This document shows positions 30,601-41,715 of a DNA stretch of 64,000 nt, in pieces. Source of the DNA: an uncultured Chlorobiaceae bacterium (GTDB lineage: Bacteria; Bacteroidota; Chlorobiia; Chlorobiales; Chlorobiaceae); contig CAIXLG010000081.1 in assembly GCA_903920215.1 (NCBI GenBank), positions 1,714 to 65,713 on the forward strand, given 5' to 3'. The position numbers were made by a program, and so were the translations under genes. How positions within the stretch are numbered: position 1 is the stretch's first letter; every line of letters begins with the position of its first letter. Below the pieces are notes generated by a model. The model searched no databases, was not told the DNA's origin, and worked only from the letters and a program-made list of their open reading frames with translations.

Positions 30601-30633
30601 ACTCGAACATATTCTCTTGTAAGGGCTGATGAT

Positions 30634-31836
30634 TCAGATGACCCCAAGTTCCCTGCCGATGGCGGTGAACTCATTAACAACCTTGTCAAGATGTTCACGC
30701 TCGTGGGTTGCCATAAAGCTTGTACGCAGTGCCTCGTGGCCCGGCATGACGCCTGGGCGGATGAATGCGTTAACATACACTCCTGCATCAAACAGCTTTT
30801 TCCAAAAGAGAAGGGTTTTCATCTGATCCTTTATCAGGACTGTAACGATAGCTGTACGTGAAGGCAGAAGTGTAAACCCTGCGTTGAGAAGCCCTTGGCG
30901 TACGTAATCTGTATTTGCGATAAGCCGTTCCATACGCTCAGGCTCATTACGGATGATTTCAAGTGTTGTCAGGACGGCAGCAACGCTGGCAGGTGTAGGC
31001 GAAGCGCTGAAAATAAGCGAAGATGCGTTGTGTTTGATATAGTTAATGACGCTCCTGTCACCTGCAACGTAACCTCCGAGCGATCCGAAGGTTTTTGAGA
31101 ATGTTCCCATAATGAGATCAACATCGCTGACAAGACCGAACTCCGATGGGGTTCCCCTGCCGTTTTTACCGATTACTCCTACGGCATGAGCGTCGTCAAT
31201 AAGAATGCGGGCGTCATATTTCTTTGCTAATGTCACGAGACCCGGGAGATCGACAATTTCGCCTGAAACTGAGAACACTCCATCAGAAACAATCAGTCGT
31301 CCTGCATTTCCGGGAATGTTCTGAAGCACGCGCTCCAGGTCTTCCATGTTGTTGTGGTTGTAGCGTACAAAATTTGCCCCTGCTCCCTGAGCCATAATGG
31401 ATGCAGCTACAAGGCTTGCATGGTTATCACGGTCCGATACAATGTATTCACCCCGTTGGACCAGAGTCGGGATAATGCCCTGCCCTGTCTGGTATCCGGT
31501 GCTGAAGAGCAGGCATCGTTCCTTTTCAAAAAAGTCGGCAAGCTTCTCCTCCAGTTCAACGTGCAGATTGACGGTGCCGGTCATATAGCGAGAGCCACTG
31601 CAACTGGTACCGTATTTGTTGATAGCGTTGATTGAGGCCTCTTTTACCCTTGGGTCAGCGGTAAGTCCGAGATAGTTGTTTGAGCCGGCCATGACCAGTT
31701 TTCGGCCTCCAAAAGTGACTACTGGACCTTCGTTTTCGTCTATAGGGTGAAAAAAGGGATATATGCCCTGAGCCTTCACTTCATCGGCAAGGGTAAACTC
31801 AATGCATTTTTTAAATAAGTCTTTTGTTTTATCCAC
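30634..31836 (-). CDS. spt: PLP-dependent alpha-oxoamine synthase, serine palmitoyltransferase-like
   Basis: Motifs 'GSNNYLGL', 'DNHASL', 'DDAHAVG' and 'GTFSKTF'. The N-terminus 'KAQGIYPFF' and C-terminus 'LRTSFMATH' resemble Bacteroidetes SPT more than BioF or Kbl. Confidence 0.7.
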   Translation of the reverse strand: MDKTKDLFKKCIEFTLADEVKAQGIYPFFHPIDENEGPVVTFGGRKLVMAGSNNYLGLTADPRVKEASINAINKYGTSCSGSRYMTGTVNLHVELEEKLADFFEKERCLLFSTGYQTGQGIIPTLVQRGEYIVSDRDNHASLVAASIMAQGAGANFVRYNHNNMEDLERVLQNIPGNAGRLIVSDGVFSVSGEIVDLPGLVTLAKKYDARILIDDAHAVGVIGKNGRGTPSEFGLVSDVDLIMGTFSKTFGSLGGYVAGDRSVINYIKHNASSLIFSASPTPASVAAVLTTLEIIRNEPERMERLIANTDYVRQGLLNAGFTLLPSRTAIVTVLIKDQMKTLLFWKKLFDAGVYVNAFIRPGVMPGHEALRTSFMATHEREHLDKVVNEFTAIGRELGVI

Positions 31837-32075
31837 AGTAACGCAAATTTACTTCAGCTGTAGTAAAAAAAGCTGGAATTTCGTGTATTTACGGTCGTTT
31901 CTTTATCTGTTTTCTGTCTCTGACCGGGTTTTAAGCATGTGGGTTTTAGCCAAGTACCCAAATGTATTAAAATTTTTGTTTTTTTGTTTACCACACGCTC
32001 CAGTTTTTTCCTGTTGGTACAACCAGCATGAAAATTCGCGTCGCGGGAATCTAAAAAATTGGAAATAAAAAAGAT

Positions 32076-33068
32076 ATGGCTGAAACAATACTTGTGACTG
32101 GTTCTACTGGGTTTATTGGTGCAAGGCTGCTGAGCTATCTTGCAAAAGAGGGGGAGAAAATAAGGGTTTTTCTTCGACACGAAAGTTCAGGTGGAGTACT
32201 ACCGGAAGGAGTGGAGGTCATTCAGGGTAGTTTCAGCGATCCGGCAGCTCTTTCTCTTGCCGTGCGCGGTGTTGACCGGATTGTGCACCTTGCAGGGTTG
32301 ACTAAAGCTTTGGACGAAGCAGGGTATGACGCAGGTAATGTGATGCCGGTACAAAACCTGCTTGATGCCGTCAGTATGCACAACCCTGGCTTGAAGAGGT
32401 TTCTTTTTGTATCATCGCTTACAGCTGCTGGTCCAGCTTCTGAAGGTTTATGTGGTGTCAGAGAGTCAGATGTTCCCCGTCCGGTGAGTGCCTATGGCCG
32501 CAGTAAATTAAGGGCTGAAGCCCTTTGTCTCGAACGTTCAGCCGATATTCCGGTTACCATCGTTCGTCCTCCCGCTGTTTATGGTCCAGGCGACAGGGAT
32601 GTACTGCAGGTTTTTCAGATGCTTGCCAAAGGAGTATTGGTAACAGCCGGTAGTGCTGCGCGGCAACGTTTCAGCATGATTTATGTTGATGATCTTGTAA
32701 GCGGAATCATGATGGCAGCTCGCTCGGATCGGGCTAAAGGCCGTATATATTATATAACATTTCCCCATTCGAGCTCTTGGAATGAACTTATTGCCGCTTC
32801 GCAGCCGATACTGGGTTTTAAGAAATTGTTCAAGATATCGTTACCTGACCCGCTTGTCTTTTTTGTTGGTATGGTGATTGGTTCGGCAGGTTCCTTATCC
32901 GGGAAACCTGCGCTTATCAGTCGCGACAAGGCCAATGAGCTTGTGCAGGATTATTGGGTTTGCTCTCCACAGCAAGCCCTGCTCGATTTTGGCTTTACTG
33001 CTTCAACCTCTCTCGCTGAAGGGATTGCCAAAACCATTTCCTGGTATCGTCGGCAAGGGTGGCTGTAA
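32076..33068 (+). CDS. NAD-dependent epimerase/dehydratase (extended SDR)
   Basis: Motifs 'TGSTGFIG' and 'YGRSK' (YxxxK), and 'RPPAVYGPGD'. Confidence 0.88.
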   Translation: MAETILVTGSTGFIGARLLSYLAKEGEKIRVFLRHESSGGVLPEGVEVIQGSFSDPAALSLAVRGVDRIVHLAGLTKALDEAGYDAGNVMPVQNLLDAVSMHNPGLKRFLFVSSLTAAGPASEGLCGVRESDVPRPVSAYGRSKLRAEALCLERSADIPVTIVRPPAVYGPGDRDVLQVFQMLAKGVLVTAGSAARQRFSMIYVDDLVSGIMMAARSDRAKGRIYYITFPHSSSWNELIAASQPILGFKKLFKISLPDPLVFFVGMVIGSAGSLSGKPALISRDKANELVQDYWVCSPQQALLDFGFTASTSLAEGIAKTISWYRRQGWL

Positions 33069-33092
33069 CGTAAGGATGCGAAAGATAATTGG

Positions 33093-34133
33093 TCAGCCAA
33101 GCAGTTTCTGCATAAGCCGGAGAAGCAGATATTTTTCATCCGGGTAGGGAAGCAGCCCTTTGAGCGCTGCATCTGTGTCTCTCAATGCTGCAATGGCATG
33201 TTCACTGTCTTGCAAAGAGAATGATCTGGTATAGGTGAGATAGTTTTTAACGAAGTACTCCTGTTTGCCGAACATGCCGAGAATTTTTGCAATTTCTGCC
33301 TGGGGAAGCTGCTTGACGTTGGGAATTGAAAGCTTCCAGAGGCGAATATAAAAGGTGGTGAGAAAGCGGACAATGTTGCCGAGTCCCTCCTTCTGTCCTT
33401 CCTGATCCATAATCATGAGTGATATGCCACTGCAGAGTCTCAGGTTTCTGTCTGCAAGGGCTTTTTCAAGTTCAAAGACGTTGTAGGTGCGGGATATCCC
33501 GACACAGTCATAAACATCATGTGCTGTGATCCGTTTTTCGGTGTTTCGTGCAGAGGCGTACATGATAATCTTTTCGATCTCATGGCATATTTCCCGTGCC
33601 GATGGCTGGATATAGGTCGTAAAAGCTTTGAGTGCATCTGGTTCAAAATCCCATCCGGAAGCCTTTGCTCTATTGGTGGCGAAGATTTCGGGAGCCTTTA
33701 TGACCGGGAACTCATGACGGTATTTTTTCAGCGCGCTGAACGGGTTTTTTTCAAGATCTTTTTTTTCTACCTGATCAGCATCAACTATCAGAACGGTAAA
33801 GTCTGCCGGACTTTTGATATAGTTGCTGAATTTTTCATCGTGCTGTTTCTGCAGCTCTTTTGTCTGGGGCTTTTTGATTTTATCAAACTGCCGGACAATG
33901 ATGAGCTGTTTAGGAGTGAACATAGGGTATTCGGATGCCTTCGATATCAGCTCTCCAAGAGTTAAATCCGGACCGTAAAGGATATGCGTGTTGCATGCGG
34001 CATCACTTTCTGATGGGAATAGTGCAGTTCTGATCATTTCTGCACACTCTTCCTTCAGAAAGCCTTCAGGACCATAAAAGAAATAAACCGGTGAAATAGT
34101 ACCGGCAAGAATGTGTTTTTTTATTGCATCCAT
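33093..34133 (-). CDS. holA: DNA polymerase III delta subunit
   Basis: 'PVYFFYGPEGFL', 'EIEKIIMY' and 'NVFELEKAL'. Confidence 0.85.
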   Translation of the reverse strand: MDAIKKHILAGTISPVYFFYGPEGFLKEECAEMIRTALFPSESDAACNTHILYGPDLTLGELISKASEYPMFTPKQLIIVRQFDKIKKPQTKELQKQHDEKFSNYIKSPADFTVLIVDADQVEKKDLEKNPFSALKKYRHEFPVIKAPEIFATNRAKASGWDFEPDALKAFTTYIQPSAREICHEIEKIIMYASARNTEKRITAHDVYDCVGISRTYNVFELEKALADRNLRLCSGISLMIMDQEGQKEGLGNIVRFLTTFYIRLWKLSIPNVKQLPQAEIAKILGMFGKQEYFVKNYLTYTRSFSLQDSEHAIAALRDTDAALKGLLPYPDEKYLLLRLMQKLLG

Positions 34134-34178
34134 GAGGGGTGGGGTGCACCGGAGTGCGCCCTCGACTTTAATAACAGT

Positions 34179-34634
34179 TTAAAAGGGCAGATCATCTTTT
34201 TCATCTTCAAGCAACGCGCCCGAAGGTGGAGTGGAAAATGCAGGTGAGCTGTTCTGCTGACGATCGTATCCTTGCGATGGCCCTTCGTTATATCCCTGTC
34301 CGGAAGGCTTTCCATCAAGCATCTGCATTTCGGTGATCACGACCTCAGTGGTGTATTGTTTCACACCCTCTTTTTCCCAGCTCCGGGTCTGCAGCCTTCC
34401 CTCAACATATACTTGCGATCCTTTGTGCAGATACTCTTTGCATATTTCTGCCAACCGTCCCCAGGCAACAATTCTATGCCATTCAGTTCTCTCCTGCCAC
34501 TCTCCCTGCTGGTTTTTGAATTTTTCGCTTGTCGCGACAGTAAAGTTTGATACTGTTGTTGATCCCGCCTGACGGCTTTCCGGTTCTCCGCCGAGTCTTC
34601 CAAGAAGAATCACCTTATTAACGCCTTTTGCCAT
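34179..34634 (-). CDS. ssb: Single-stranded DNA-binding protein
   Basis: '[11 protein letters not shown]', '[10 protein letters not shown]' and C-terminal 'DDLPF'. Confidence 0.97.
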   Translation of the reverse strand: MAKGVNKVILLGRLGGEPESRQAGSTTVSNFTVATSEKFKNQQGEWQERTEWHRIVAWGRLAEICKEYLHKGSQVYVEGRLQTRSWEKEGVKQYTTEVVITEMQMLDGKPSGQGYNEGPSQGYDRQQNSSPAFSTPPSGALLEDEKDDLPF

Positions 34635-34705
34635 AGTGTTTTCTGTTCGTTGATCAAAGTATTAGGGAATGATTTCCCAGCTCATAAAAGATATATCTCT
34701 ACGTT

Positions 34706-35515
34706 CTATACTACAAGCAGTTTTGCGTCAATCACAGCTCCTTCCCTGCATAAGAGGATGGTTCGAACGCCTCCATTCGGCGTATTGATTTCAACACTGC
34801 ATCCATAGCAGATGCCAATACCGCAACCCATCACAGATTCAAGCGAAACATCACATGCTATATGGCGTTCATTGCAGAAGTTAGCAAGTGCTTTCAGCAT
34901 CGGATTGGGGCCACATGCGAAGAGCTTGAGAGTGCCATCATTTTCGATATCCGGGAGCTCATTCCGAAGCAGATCCACCACGGTGCCTTTGAACCCTAGA
35001 GAGCCATCATCTGTCGCGAATCGGCAGTTACTCAGGTTTTGAGCAAGCAGGTCCTCTTTTGTCCGTCCTCCAATCAGGTTGATCACCTTTATCCCCTGAG
35101 CTGCAAGTGTTTTTTCCAGAAAAAGCATTGGAGCTGTGCCGATCCCTCCTGAAACGAGAAGAGCGGTCTTGAAATCATGGTCGGGTATAGTAAAACAATT
35201 CCCCAGAGGTCCAAGTACCATCACTGTTGAGCCTTCCTGGGATTCGCAGAAAAGGGCAGTGCCGCATCCGATGGATTTAACCATGATCTCAATAAGGTTT
35301 CCCTGCACATTGTGAATGGAAAATGGTCTTCTGAGTAGCGGTTGTGTGCTGGAGTTGACCTTTACATTAACAAAGTTTCCTGGTTTTGCCGTGGCAGCAA
35401 TAGATGGGCAGTCAAGAGTGATGATGCTGACATCACTGCTGACGCAGCGGGTCTGGACTATGGTCGCCTTGACATCTTCAAATGTGTTTGTTCCGGGCAT
35501 AACGGGTCTCATCAA
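34706..35515 (-). CDS. pyrK: Dihydroorotate dehydrogenase electron-transfer subunit
   Basis: 'RRPFSI', 'GGIGTAP', 'ACGPNPML' and the [2Fe-2S] motif 'MGCGIGICYGC...C'. Confidence 0.85.
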   Translation of the reverse strand: MMRPVMPGTNTFEDVKATIVQTRCVSSDVSIITLDCPSIAATAKPGNFVNVKVNSSTQPLLRRPFSIHNVQGNLIEIMVKSIGCGTALFCESQEGSTVMVLGPLGNCFTIPDHDFKTALLVSGGIGTAPMLFLEKTLAAQGIKVINLIGGRTKEDLLAQNLSNCRFATDDGSLGFKGTVVDLLRNELPDIENDGTLKLFACGPNPMLKALANFCNERHIACDVSLESVMGCGIGICYGCSVEINTPNGGVRTILLCREGAVIDAKLLVV

Positions 35516-35836
35516 AAAAAGTGATAGTGCTTAACTTGAGATGGATTAATTAAGCGAGTGGAACGTTCATTTGCAAGCCATTCAATGACATTCCCTTTTG
35601 AGATGGCAAAGTCAGCTCTTATATAATATTGCATTTCCTTTAGTTGGGTGCTCGCAGGCCTTGTGGCATTGATTGTTGATGCATGTCATGGTGAAGATTC
35701 AAACAACACGAACGAGAATGAAATTTTTAACATTGCCAGATGTGTGTATGTTAGATTCCTTTGTAGTGTCCCAAGAGAGTTATATCTTTAACTTCTCGTG
35801 GTTTTTCCTTTGTATACCTAAATCAATGTTTGGTTC

Positions 35837-37063
35837 ATGCGTATTTTAACGTTCACAGGTAAAGGCGGGGTAGGCAAAACCAGTGTTTCTGCTGCCACGG
35901 CTGTCCGCTTGTCGCAGCTTGGCTATCGCACCCTGGTACTCTCAACCGATCCCGCTCACAGTCTCTCGGATTCATTTAACCTCTCTCTCGGCGCAGAACC
36001 GACAAAAATCAAGGAAAATCTCGATGCAATTGAGGTCAACCCCTATGTGGATCTCAAGCAGAATTGGCACTCTGTACAGAAGTACTACACAAGAATTTTT
36101 ATGGCCCAGGGAGTTTCCGGGGTTATGGCTGATGAAATGACCATTCTTCCCGGAATGGAAGAGCTTTTTTCCCTTTTGAGAATAAAGCGCTATAAAGCAT
36201 CCGGTCTTTATGATGTTCTTGTACTCGATACTGCGCCGACAGGCGAAACCTTACGACTTCTCTCCCTGCCCGATACCCTCGCATGGGGAATGAAAGCGGT
36301 GAAAAATGTCAATAAATACCTTATCAAGCCGCTCAGCAAGCCTCTTTCGAGAATGTCTGACAAGATCGCGTTTTTTATTCCTCCTGCTGATGCTCTTGAT
36401 TCAGTTGATCAGGTATTTGATGAACTTGAAGATATCCGGGACATCCTTACGGATAATAAAAAATCTACAGTTCGCCTGGTGATGAATGCGGAGAAAATGT
36501 CGATCAAGGAGACCATGCGCGCATTGACCTATCTGAATCTCTACGGCTTCAAGGTCGATATGGTACTTGTAAACCGGCTTCTTGACACCAACGAGGACAG
36601 TGGATACCTTGAAAATTGGAAGGCTATTCAACAGAAATACCTTGGTGAGATAGAAGAAGGATTTTCCCCTCTTCCTGTTAAAAAGCTCAGGATGTACGAG
36701 CAGGAAATTGTCGGTCTCCAGTCCCTTGAGATGTTTGCCAAAGATATGTATGGCGATACTGATCCGTCAGATATGATGTATGATGAGCCGCCGATCAAGT
36801 TTGTCCGGATCGGTAATGTCTATGAGGTACAGTTGAAGCTGATGTTTGCCAATCCGGTTGATATCGATGTTTGGGTTACCGGAGATGAGTTGTTTGTGCA
36901 GATCGGCAATCAGCGTAAAATCATCACGCTTCCGATCAGCCTTACTGGTCTCGAGCCGGGGGATGCTGTCTTCAAGGAGAAATGGCTGCATATTCCATTT
37001 GATCTCGATAGTCACGAGCAGGGCAAGGTGCAAAAACAGCAAAAGGCGTACGATAGAGGGTAA
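35837..37063 (+). CDS. ArsA/GET3-family ATPase with C-terminal alpha-crystallin-like domain
   Basis: 'GKGGVGKT', 'STDPAHSLSD' and 'DTAPTG'. Single ATPase domain plus a beta-rich tail. Confidence 0.9.
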   Translation: MRILTFTGKGGVGKTSVSAATAVRLSQLGYRTLVLSTDPAHSLSDSFNLSLGAEPTKIKENLDAIEVNPYVDLKQNWHSVQKYYTRIFMAQGVSGVMADEMTILPGMEELFSLLRIKRYKASGLYDVLVLDTAPTGETLRLLSLPDTLAWGMKAVKNVNKYLIKPLSKPLSRMSDKIAFFIPPADALDSVDQVFDELEDIRDILTDNKKSTVRLVMNAEKMSIKETMRALTYLNLYGFKVDMVLVNRLLDTNEDSGYLENWKAIQQKYLGEIEEGFSPLPVKKLRMYEQEIVGLQSLEMFAKDMYGDTDPSDMMYDEPPIKFVRIGNVYEVQLKLMFANPVDIDVWVTGDELFVQIGNQRKIITLPISLTGLEPGDAVFKEKWLHIPFDLDSHEQGKVQKQQKAYDRG

Positions 37064-37185
37064 ATGGACGTGTTGGGGAGTACTTGTTTAGATCGATTTT
37101 TATGTTTACTTTTCAACATATAATAAGTCTATCATCATAACAGAGGCAGTGTTAAAACAAATGCCTCATTTCCATGGAGAGCAGA

Positions 37186-37605
37186 ATGTCTGAATCGTAC
37201 CAGAAACTTCGTAAGGATTTCAAAGAGCTCGATTTCACTGATCGCCTTACGTTTCTAGCTGAAAGCGTTCTTTTAACCGGACAGAGCGCTGTTGTAGGTG
37301 GGCTGAATATCGCTGGCAATGTGTTTGATACAGTAACAGGCACAGTAGGCGCTGTTATCGATGCGTCGGGTATCGGTAATCTGCTCGGCAGTACAGGCGG
37401 TGTTGTTGGTGAAACCATCGACCGTGTTGCAATTACAGTTAAAGATGCGTCAAGAACTGCCAATGAATTGTATGCAAGTGCTGTTGAAACTGTTGAAAAT
37501 GCAACAGGCAATGCTGCAACAGCAGTTGGGGATGCAGGGGTATCTGCTTCTGAAGTGGTAAAAAACTTTACCGGATCCTTTCAGAAAGGTCCGATCAGAA
37601 AATAG
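37186..37605 (+). CDS. csmC: Chlorosome envelope protein C
   Basis: '[27 protein letters not shown]', 139 aa, immediately upstream of csmA. Confidence 0.9.
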   Translation: MSESYQKLRKDFKELDFTDRLTFLAESVLLTGQSAVVGGLNIAGNVFDTVTGTVGAVIDASGIGNLLGSTGGVVGETIDRVAITVKDASRTANELYASAVETVENATGNAATAVGDAGVSASEVVKNFTGSFQKGPIRK

Positions 37606-37749
37606 ATAAACGTTCTTTTTTGCTTTTTTTTCTCTTTTGGTCTGAGTTTTCTTTTTCTTTTGTTTTTTGTTTATTACTTTAAAACAAAGTAAGAATCCAG
37701 TTTTAAATCTTTTGATAACTTTCCAATAATTAAATTCCAAGGAGGAATT

Positions 37750-37992
37750 ATGAGTGGTGGTGGCGTTTTTACCGATATCCTGGCTGCAGCCGGACGCATT
37801 TTTGAGGTAATGGTTGAAGGACATTGGGAAACCGTTGGTATGCTTTTTGATTCTTTGGGCAAAGGCACAATGAGAATCAATCGCAATGCTTATGGTAGCA
37901 TGGGCGGAGGCACAAGCCTTCGCGGATCATCACCTGAAGTCACAGGCTATGCTGTTCCTTCGAAAGAAGTAGCTTCAAAGTTTGCGAAATAA
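37750..37992 (+). CDS. csmA: Chlorosome baseplate protein A (precursor)
   Basis: '[29 protein letters not shown]' with the BChl a-binding His. AGGAGG RBS. Confidence 0.98.
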   Translation: MSGGGVFTDILAAAGRIFEVMVEGHWETVGMLFDSLGKGTMRINRNAYGSMGGGTSLRGSSPEVTGYAVPSKEVASKFAK

Positions 37993-38014
37993 GCACCGCA
38001 GAATTTCCATTTTC

Positions 38015-38050
38015 AGGCAGTGAAAAGTATTTGATTTCACTGCCTTTTTT
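38015..38050 (+). terminator. Terminator after csmA
   Basis: aggcagtgaaa...tttcactgcct followed by a T run. Confidence 0.85.
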
Positions 38051-38268
38051 ATTGTACATCATTAAGCCCTTCTTTCAGCCCTGCCTGTTTCTTTCATCTC
38101 ATGCATGATGCACTCCCTCTGTTTTTTATCTTCACTCCTTGTCGAAATCAGCGCCATCGTGTATGAAGCCGGATGGATTTCGGTTGATCGAGTATTTCTG
38201 TTTATTATAAAAATTTAATAGATTTAGTTTCAACGTGCCAATAAGTATTAAGTGAACGAGTGTTGTTA

Positions 38269-39915
38269 ATGGCTAATTTATCTTTGTATATCTCAGGGCA
38301 GACTGAACAGAGTGATGTAACTGAGTTTTTTCAGAAAGGCCTCATCAATGCCGGTGAAAATCCTGTTGCATTTTTTGAAGGGGTTTTTTATGAATCACAT
38401 CAGGAGCGCGTAGGTAATATTGCTTTTCAGGACTACCTGATATACTCCGACAAGGCAGTTTACTTCTGGGCAAGAGGCGCGAGTAAAGACTATCTCGACA
38501 GATTTGATCTTGGAGCCGTTTCTGTGAACAGCCGCAATAAAGATCATGATTTTGCAACGCTGAATTTTAAGATTCGTCGTGATGGAAAGGATCCTGTTTA
38601 TGTGATTTTTGATATGGTGGAGTTGCGGGAAGCTGAATTGATTACCCGCCTGCAAACAGTCATTGAATCAGTCATAGAAGGGCGTCTTGGTCTTAATTAT
38701 CGTAAAGAGCTGCCTGATGATGTTGCAGACGCAATTCTCCTTGGAGCACGCGGAGTGTGTGTTCCTCAAGTGATATCTCTTCGATTTGATGCTCCGGATA
38801 TAACGCAGCAGGAGAGTAATATAGGGTATGGTCAGGATCTGCTTGACCAGTACAAAGCAAATATCGGGTATTCGAATCCTGAACAGCAGCCCCCGCAATA
38901 CACCGGTCAACAGCAAGGTGGGGCGAATGGCGGAGAGCGCCAGAAAGCAGGGTTTTCACCGGCTGATGCCTTAAGGGGAATTGAAAACATCCTTCCCACG
39001 GATCCGGCTTCATTGAAAAGAGTCGCAGAATCAATAAAGGAGATGATTGGAGATGCTCCATTCAAAATTCGTGAACAGCTGAAAAACGATCTTCAGCATG
39101 TTCCTGGTATGCTCACAGCCCTCAATGAACTGGTAATCAGTATATCTGATAATCCACAGGCTGAGCGTTTTGTGCTTAATATTATTAAAACAGCCGTGCG
39201 TAATGACGGGATGATCGGCTCGGTCAGCAAACTTATGAAGCTTACTTCCAGTTTTGGTGGTGGTGGAAAGAAATCAGCTCCGAAAAGTTCGTCAAGAAGT
39301 GCTGCCCATGAATCAAATGATGATCTCCCGAGAAATCAGCGGCGCCGTGATGATGACGATAGTGAGGGCGGTACCAGAAGAAAGAGTATCAATATTAAAA
39401 GTGATGACGAAGCAACGTTGAATGATGATTGTTTCGGGAATGATATTGTCGGAAAGCAGGAGCATACAGTTTCAGCAGCGTCTGCCAAAAGAATGAAGAT
39501 TGTCGATGATGCTGACGAAGATGTCGCACCGAAGCGTAAGAAGATTACTGTTAAAGCTCCCGAAGAGAGTACTCCGTCAATAGTGAAAAGTATGATGAAT
39601 ATGGATGACGTTTCCTTGGAATCTGCTGAGACAGGCATCAAGGAGTCAAAAGCGATTGTTGAGCATGAAGTGGATAGGAGTCTCGAGGCTGCACCAAGAA
39701 AAAAAATCAGGATTGTTTCGGATGAAGCACCCCAAAATATGCATCCACCTGCTGAGGTTATAAAAGCCTCTGTGCCGGATGAGCTGCTTTCAGGGCCGGA
39801 CTCCGTGCTCAATGCTTTAGATGCAGGTATTGATGATGCACCTGAAAAAAATGCAGTTGATGTCGGAAAGTTTACTGGGGGTGAATATGATAAAGAGGGA
39901 CAAACTCATCAATAA
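38269..39915 (+). CDS. Hypothetical protein with globular N-terminus and long charged, repetitive C-terminal region
   Basis: About 548-aa ORF between csmA and the second ArsA gene. ATG at 38269 preferred. Confidence 0.8.
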   Translation: MANLSLYISGQTEQSDVTEFFQKGLINAGENPVAFFEGVFYESHQERVGNIAFQDYLIYSDKAVYFWARGASKDYLDRFDLGAVSVNSRNKDHDFATLNFKIRRDGKDPVYVIFDMVELREAELITRLQTVIESVIEGRLGLNYRKELPDDVADAILLGARGVCVPQVISLRFDAPDITQQESNIGYGQDLLDQYKANIGYSNPEQQPPQYTGQQQGGANGGERQKAGFSPADALRGIENILPTDPASLKRVAESIKEMIGDAPFKIREQLKNDLQHVPGMLTALNELVISISDNPQAERFVLNIIKTAVRNDGMIGSVSKLMKLTSSFGGGGKKSAPKSSSRSAAHESNDDLPRNQRRRDDDDSEGGTRRKSINIKSDDEATLNDDCFGNDIVGKQEHTVSAASAKRMKIVDDADEDVAPKRKKITVKAPEESTPSIVKSMMNMDDVSLESAETGIKESKAIVEHEVDRSLEAAPRKKIRIVSDEAPQNMHPPAEVIKASVPDELLSGPDSVLNALDAGIDDAPEKNAVDVGKFTGGEYDKEGQTHQ

Positions 39916-39962
39916 CCCGTGTTCGTTCAAAATCAAGTCCACTCAATAGTTTTATTATCAAC

Positions 39963-41117
39963 ATGAGAATTATTCTTTACTTGGGTAAAGGAGGGGTAGG
40001 AAAAACTACCGTGTCAGCTGCAACTGCAACAGCAATTGCCAGAAGAGGACAACGGGTTTTGATTATGAGTACCGATGTGGCTCACAGCCTTGCAGATGCT
40101 TTGAGTGTCGAACTCTCTTCAACACCTGTCGAAGTTGAAAAGAATCTTTTTGCCATGGAGGTGAATGTTCTGGCGGAAATCAGGGAGAACTGGAGTGAGC
40201 TGTATTCCTATTTCTCTTCGATTTTAATGCATGACGGTGCTAATGAGGTTGTCGCTGAAGAACTTGCTATTATGCCCGGTATGGAAGAGATGATAAGCCT
40301 TCGCTATATCTGGAAAGCTGCAAAGTCAGGTAATTATGATGTTGTTGTCGTTGATGCCGCTCCAACAGGCGAAACCATGCGTTTGCTCGGCATGCCAGAA
40401 TCCTATGGATGGTATGCAGACAAAATAGGAGGCTGGCACTCAAAAGCTATCGGGTTTGCAGCTCCTCTTTTGAATAAATTTATGCCGAAGAAAAATATCT
40501 TCAAGCTTATGCCTGAGGTGAATTCTCATATGAAAGAGCTCCATGCCATGCTTCAGGATAAAACCATAACGACATTCAGGGTTGTACTGAATCCGGAAAA
40601 TATGGTTATCAAGGAAGCTTTACGTGTCCAGACCTACCTCAATCTTTTCGGTTATAAGCTTGATGCGGCCGTGGTTAACAAGATTCTTCCTCAAAGTTCA
40701 TCTGATGACTACCTGCAGAGCCTTATCGATATTCAGACTAAATATCTCAAAGTGATTGACAACTGCTTCTATCCTGTGCCCATTTTCAAGGCAAAGCAGT
40801 CAATTGCTGAAATTATCAATACCGACCGGCTCTATGAATTGAGTCAGCAGATTTTCGAAGATAAAAATCCGGCTGATGTCCTTTACATCGATGACAAAAC
40901 CCAGATATTGGAGAAAGTCGATGGCAAATATGTGCTTAGTCTTTATCTGCCGAATGTTGAAGTGACGAAGCTGAATGTGAATATCAAGGGTGATGAGCTG
41001 CTTGTGGATATCAACAACTTCCGCAAAAGCATTATCCTTCCCAATGTACTTGTTGGCAGAAAAACTGAGGGGGCCGACTTTGCTGAAGGAAGCCTTAACA
41101 TCACGTTTGCAAACTGA
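39963..41117 (+). CDS. Second ArsA/GET3-family ATPase with alpha-crystallin-like tail
   Basis: 'GKGGVGKT', '[10 protein letters not shown]' and 'DAAPTG'. Confidence 0.9.
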   Translation: MRIILYLGKGGVGKTTVSAATATAIARRGQRVLIMSTDVAHSLADALSVELSSTPVEVEKNLFAMEVNVLAEIRENWSELYSYFSSILMHDGANEVVAEELAIMPGMEEMISLRYIWKAAKSGNYDVVVVDAAPTGETMRLLGMPESYGWYADKIGGWHSKAIGFAAPLLNKFMPKKNIFKLMPEVNSHMKELHAMLQDKTITTFRVVLNPENMVIKEALRVQTYLNLFGYKLDAAVVNKILPQSSSDDYLQSLIDIQTKYLKVIDNCFYPVPIFKAKQSIAEIINTDRLYELSQQIFEDKNPADVLYIDDKTQILEKVDGKYVLSLYLPNVEVTKLNVNIKGDELLVDINNFRKSIILPNVLVGRKTEGADFAEGSLNITFAN

Positions 41118-41148
41118 GAGAGCGCTGAACGAAATACAAGCAACGTTT

Positions 41149-41712
41149 TTAGAAACGTAATATCATTATTAAAAGAGAGACTGTTTTAAGGGGCAGTCTC
41201 TTTTTTTTTATCTCGATTGTCTCTCTTACCCTTATCAGTACAGAACGGTCGGTGCAGCTTCCCAGAAGTTTCAGGATTGTTTGATGCTTCAGAGGGTGCA
41301 GAGGATTGGCAATGTCCAGTAGGGGAATTAGCACAAATTTCCTGTGATGCAGTTCTGGATGGGGTATGGAGAGGGTTTCGCTGTAAAAACACCGGTCGTC
41401 ATAGAGGAGAATATCAAGATCGATGACTCGTGGGCTCCACCGTGGATATGCATCAGGTCGTCCAAGCTCCTGCTCAATAATTTTGCACTGTCGTCGCAGC
41501 TCTTCTGGCGGAAGGGAGGTCTCCAGCAGGATAACTCCGTTATAAAACCGGTTCTGTTCAATTTCACCAACCGGTTCGGTCATATAGATTGATGATACGT
41601 TCTCAACAGAAGTATGTTCAAGCAAAGCGAGTCGGTCAACAGCTTCCTGAAGATGGCCGAGGCGATTTCCGATATTGGAACCGATCCCTATATAGACCTT
41701 GTGCATAGGCAT
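41149..41712 (-). CDS. folK: 2-amino-4-hydroxy-6-hydroxymethyldihydropteridine diphosphokinase
   Basis: 'YIGIGSNIG', 'WSPRVIDLDIL' and 'IPHPELHHRKFVLIPL'. Confidence 0.95.
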   Translation of the reverse strand: MPMHKVYIGIGSNIGNRLGHLQEAVDRLALLEHTSVENVSSIYMTEPVGEIEQNRFYNGVILLETSLPPEELRRQCKIIEQELGRPDAYPRWSPRVIDLDILLYDDRCFYSETLSIPHPELHHRKFVLIPLLDIANPLHPLKHQTILKLLGSCTDRSVLIRVRETIEIKKKRLPLKTVSLLIMILRF

Positions 41713-41715
41713 TAT

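Noticed and set aside
30332-30633. Cobalamin riboswitch upstream of the TonB receptor
   Set aside because: No B12-box or conserved core visible on either strand. The region is AT-rich and holds only the spt terminator.
34706-35515. pyrK without an adjacent pyrD
   Set aside because: Dispersed pyrimidine genes are ordinary, and nothing in the sequence suggests a new role.
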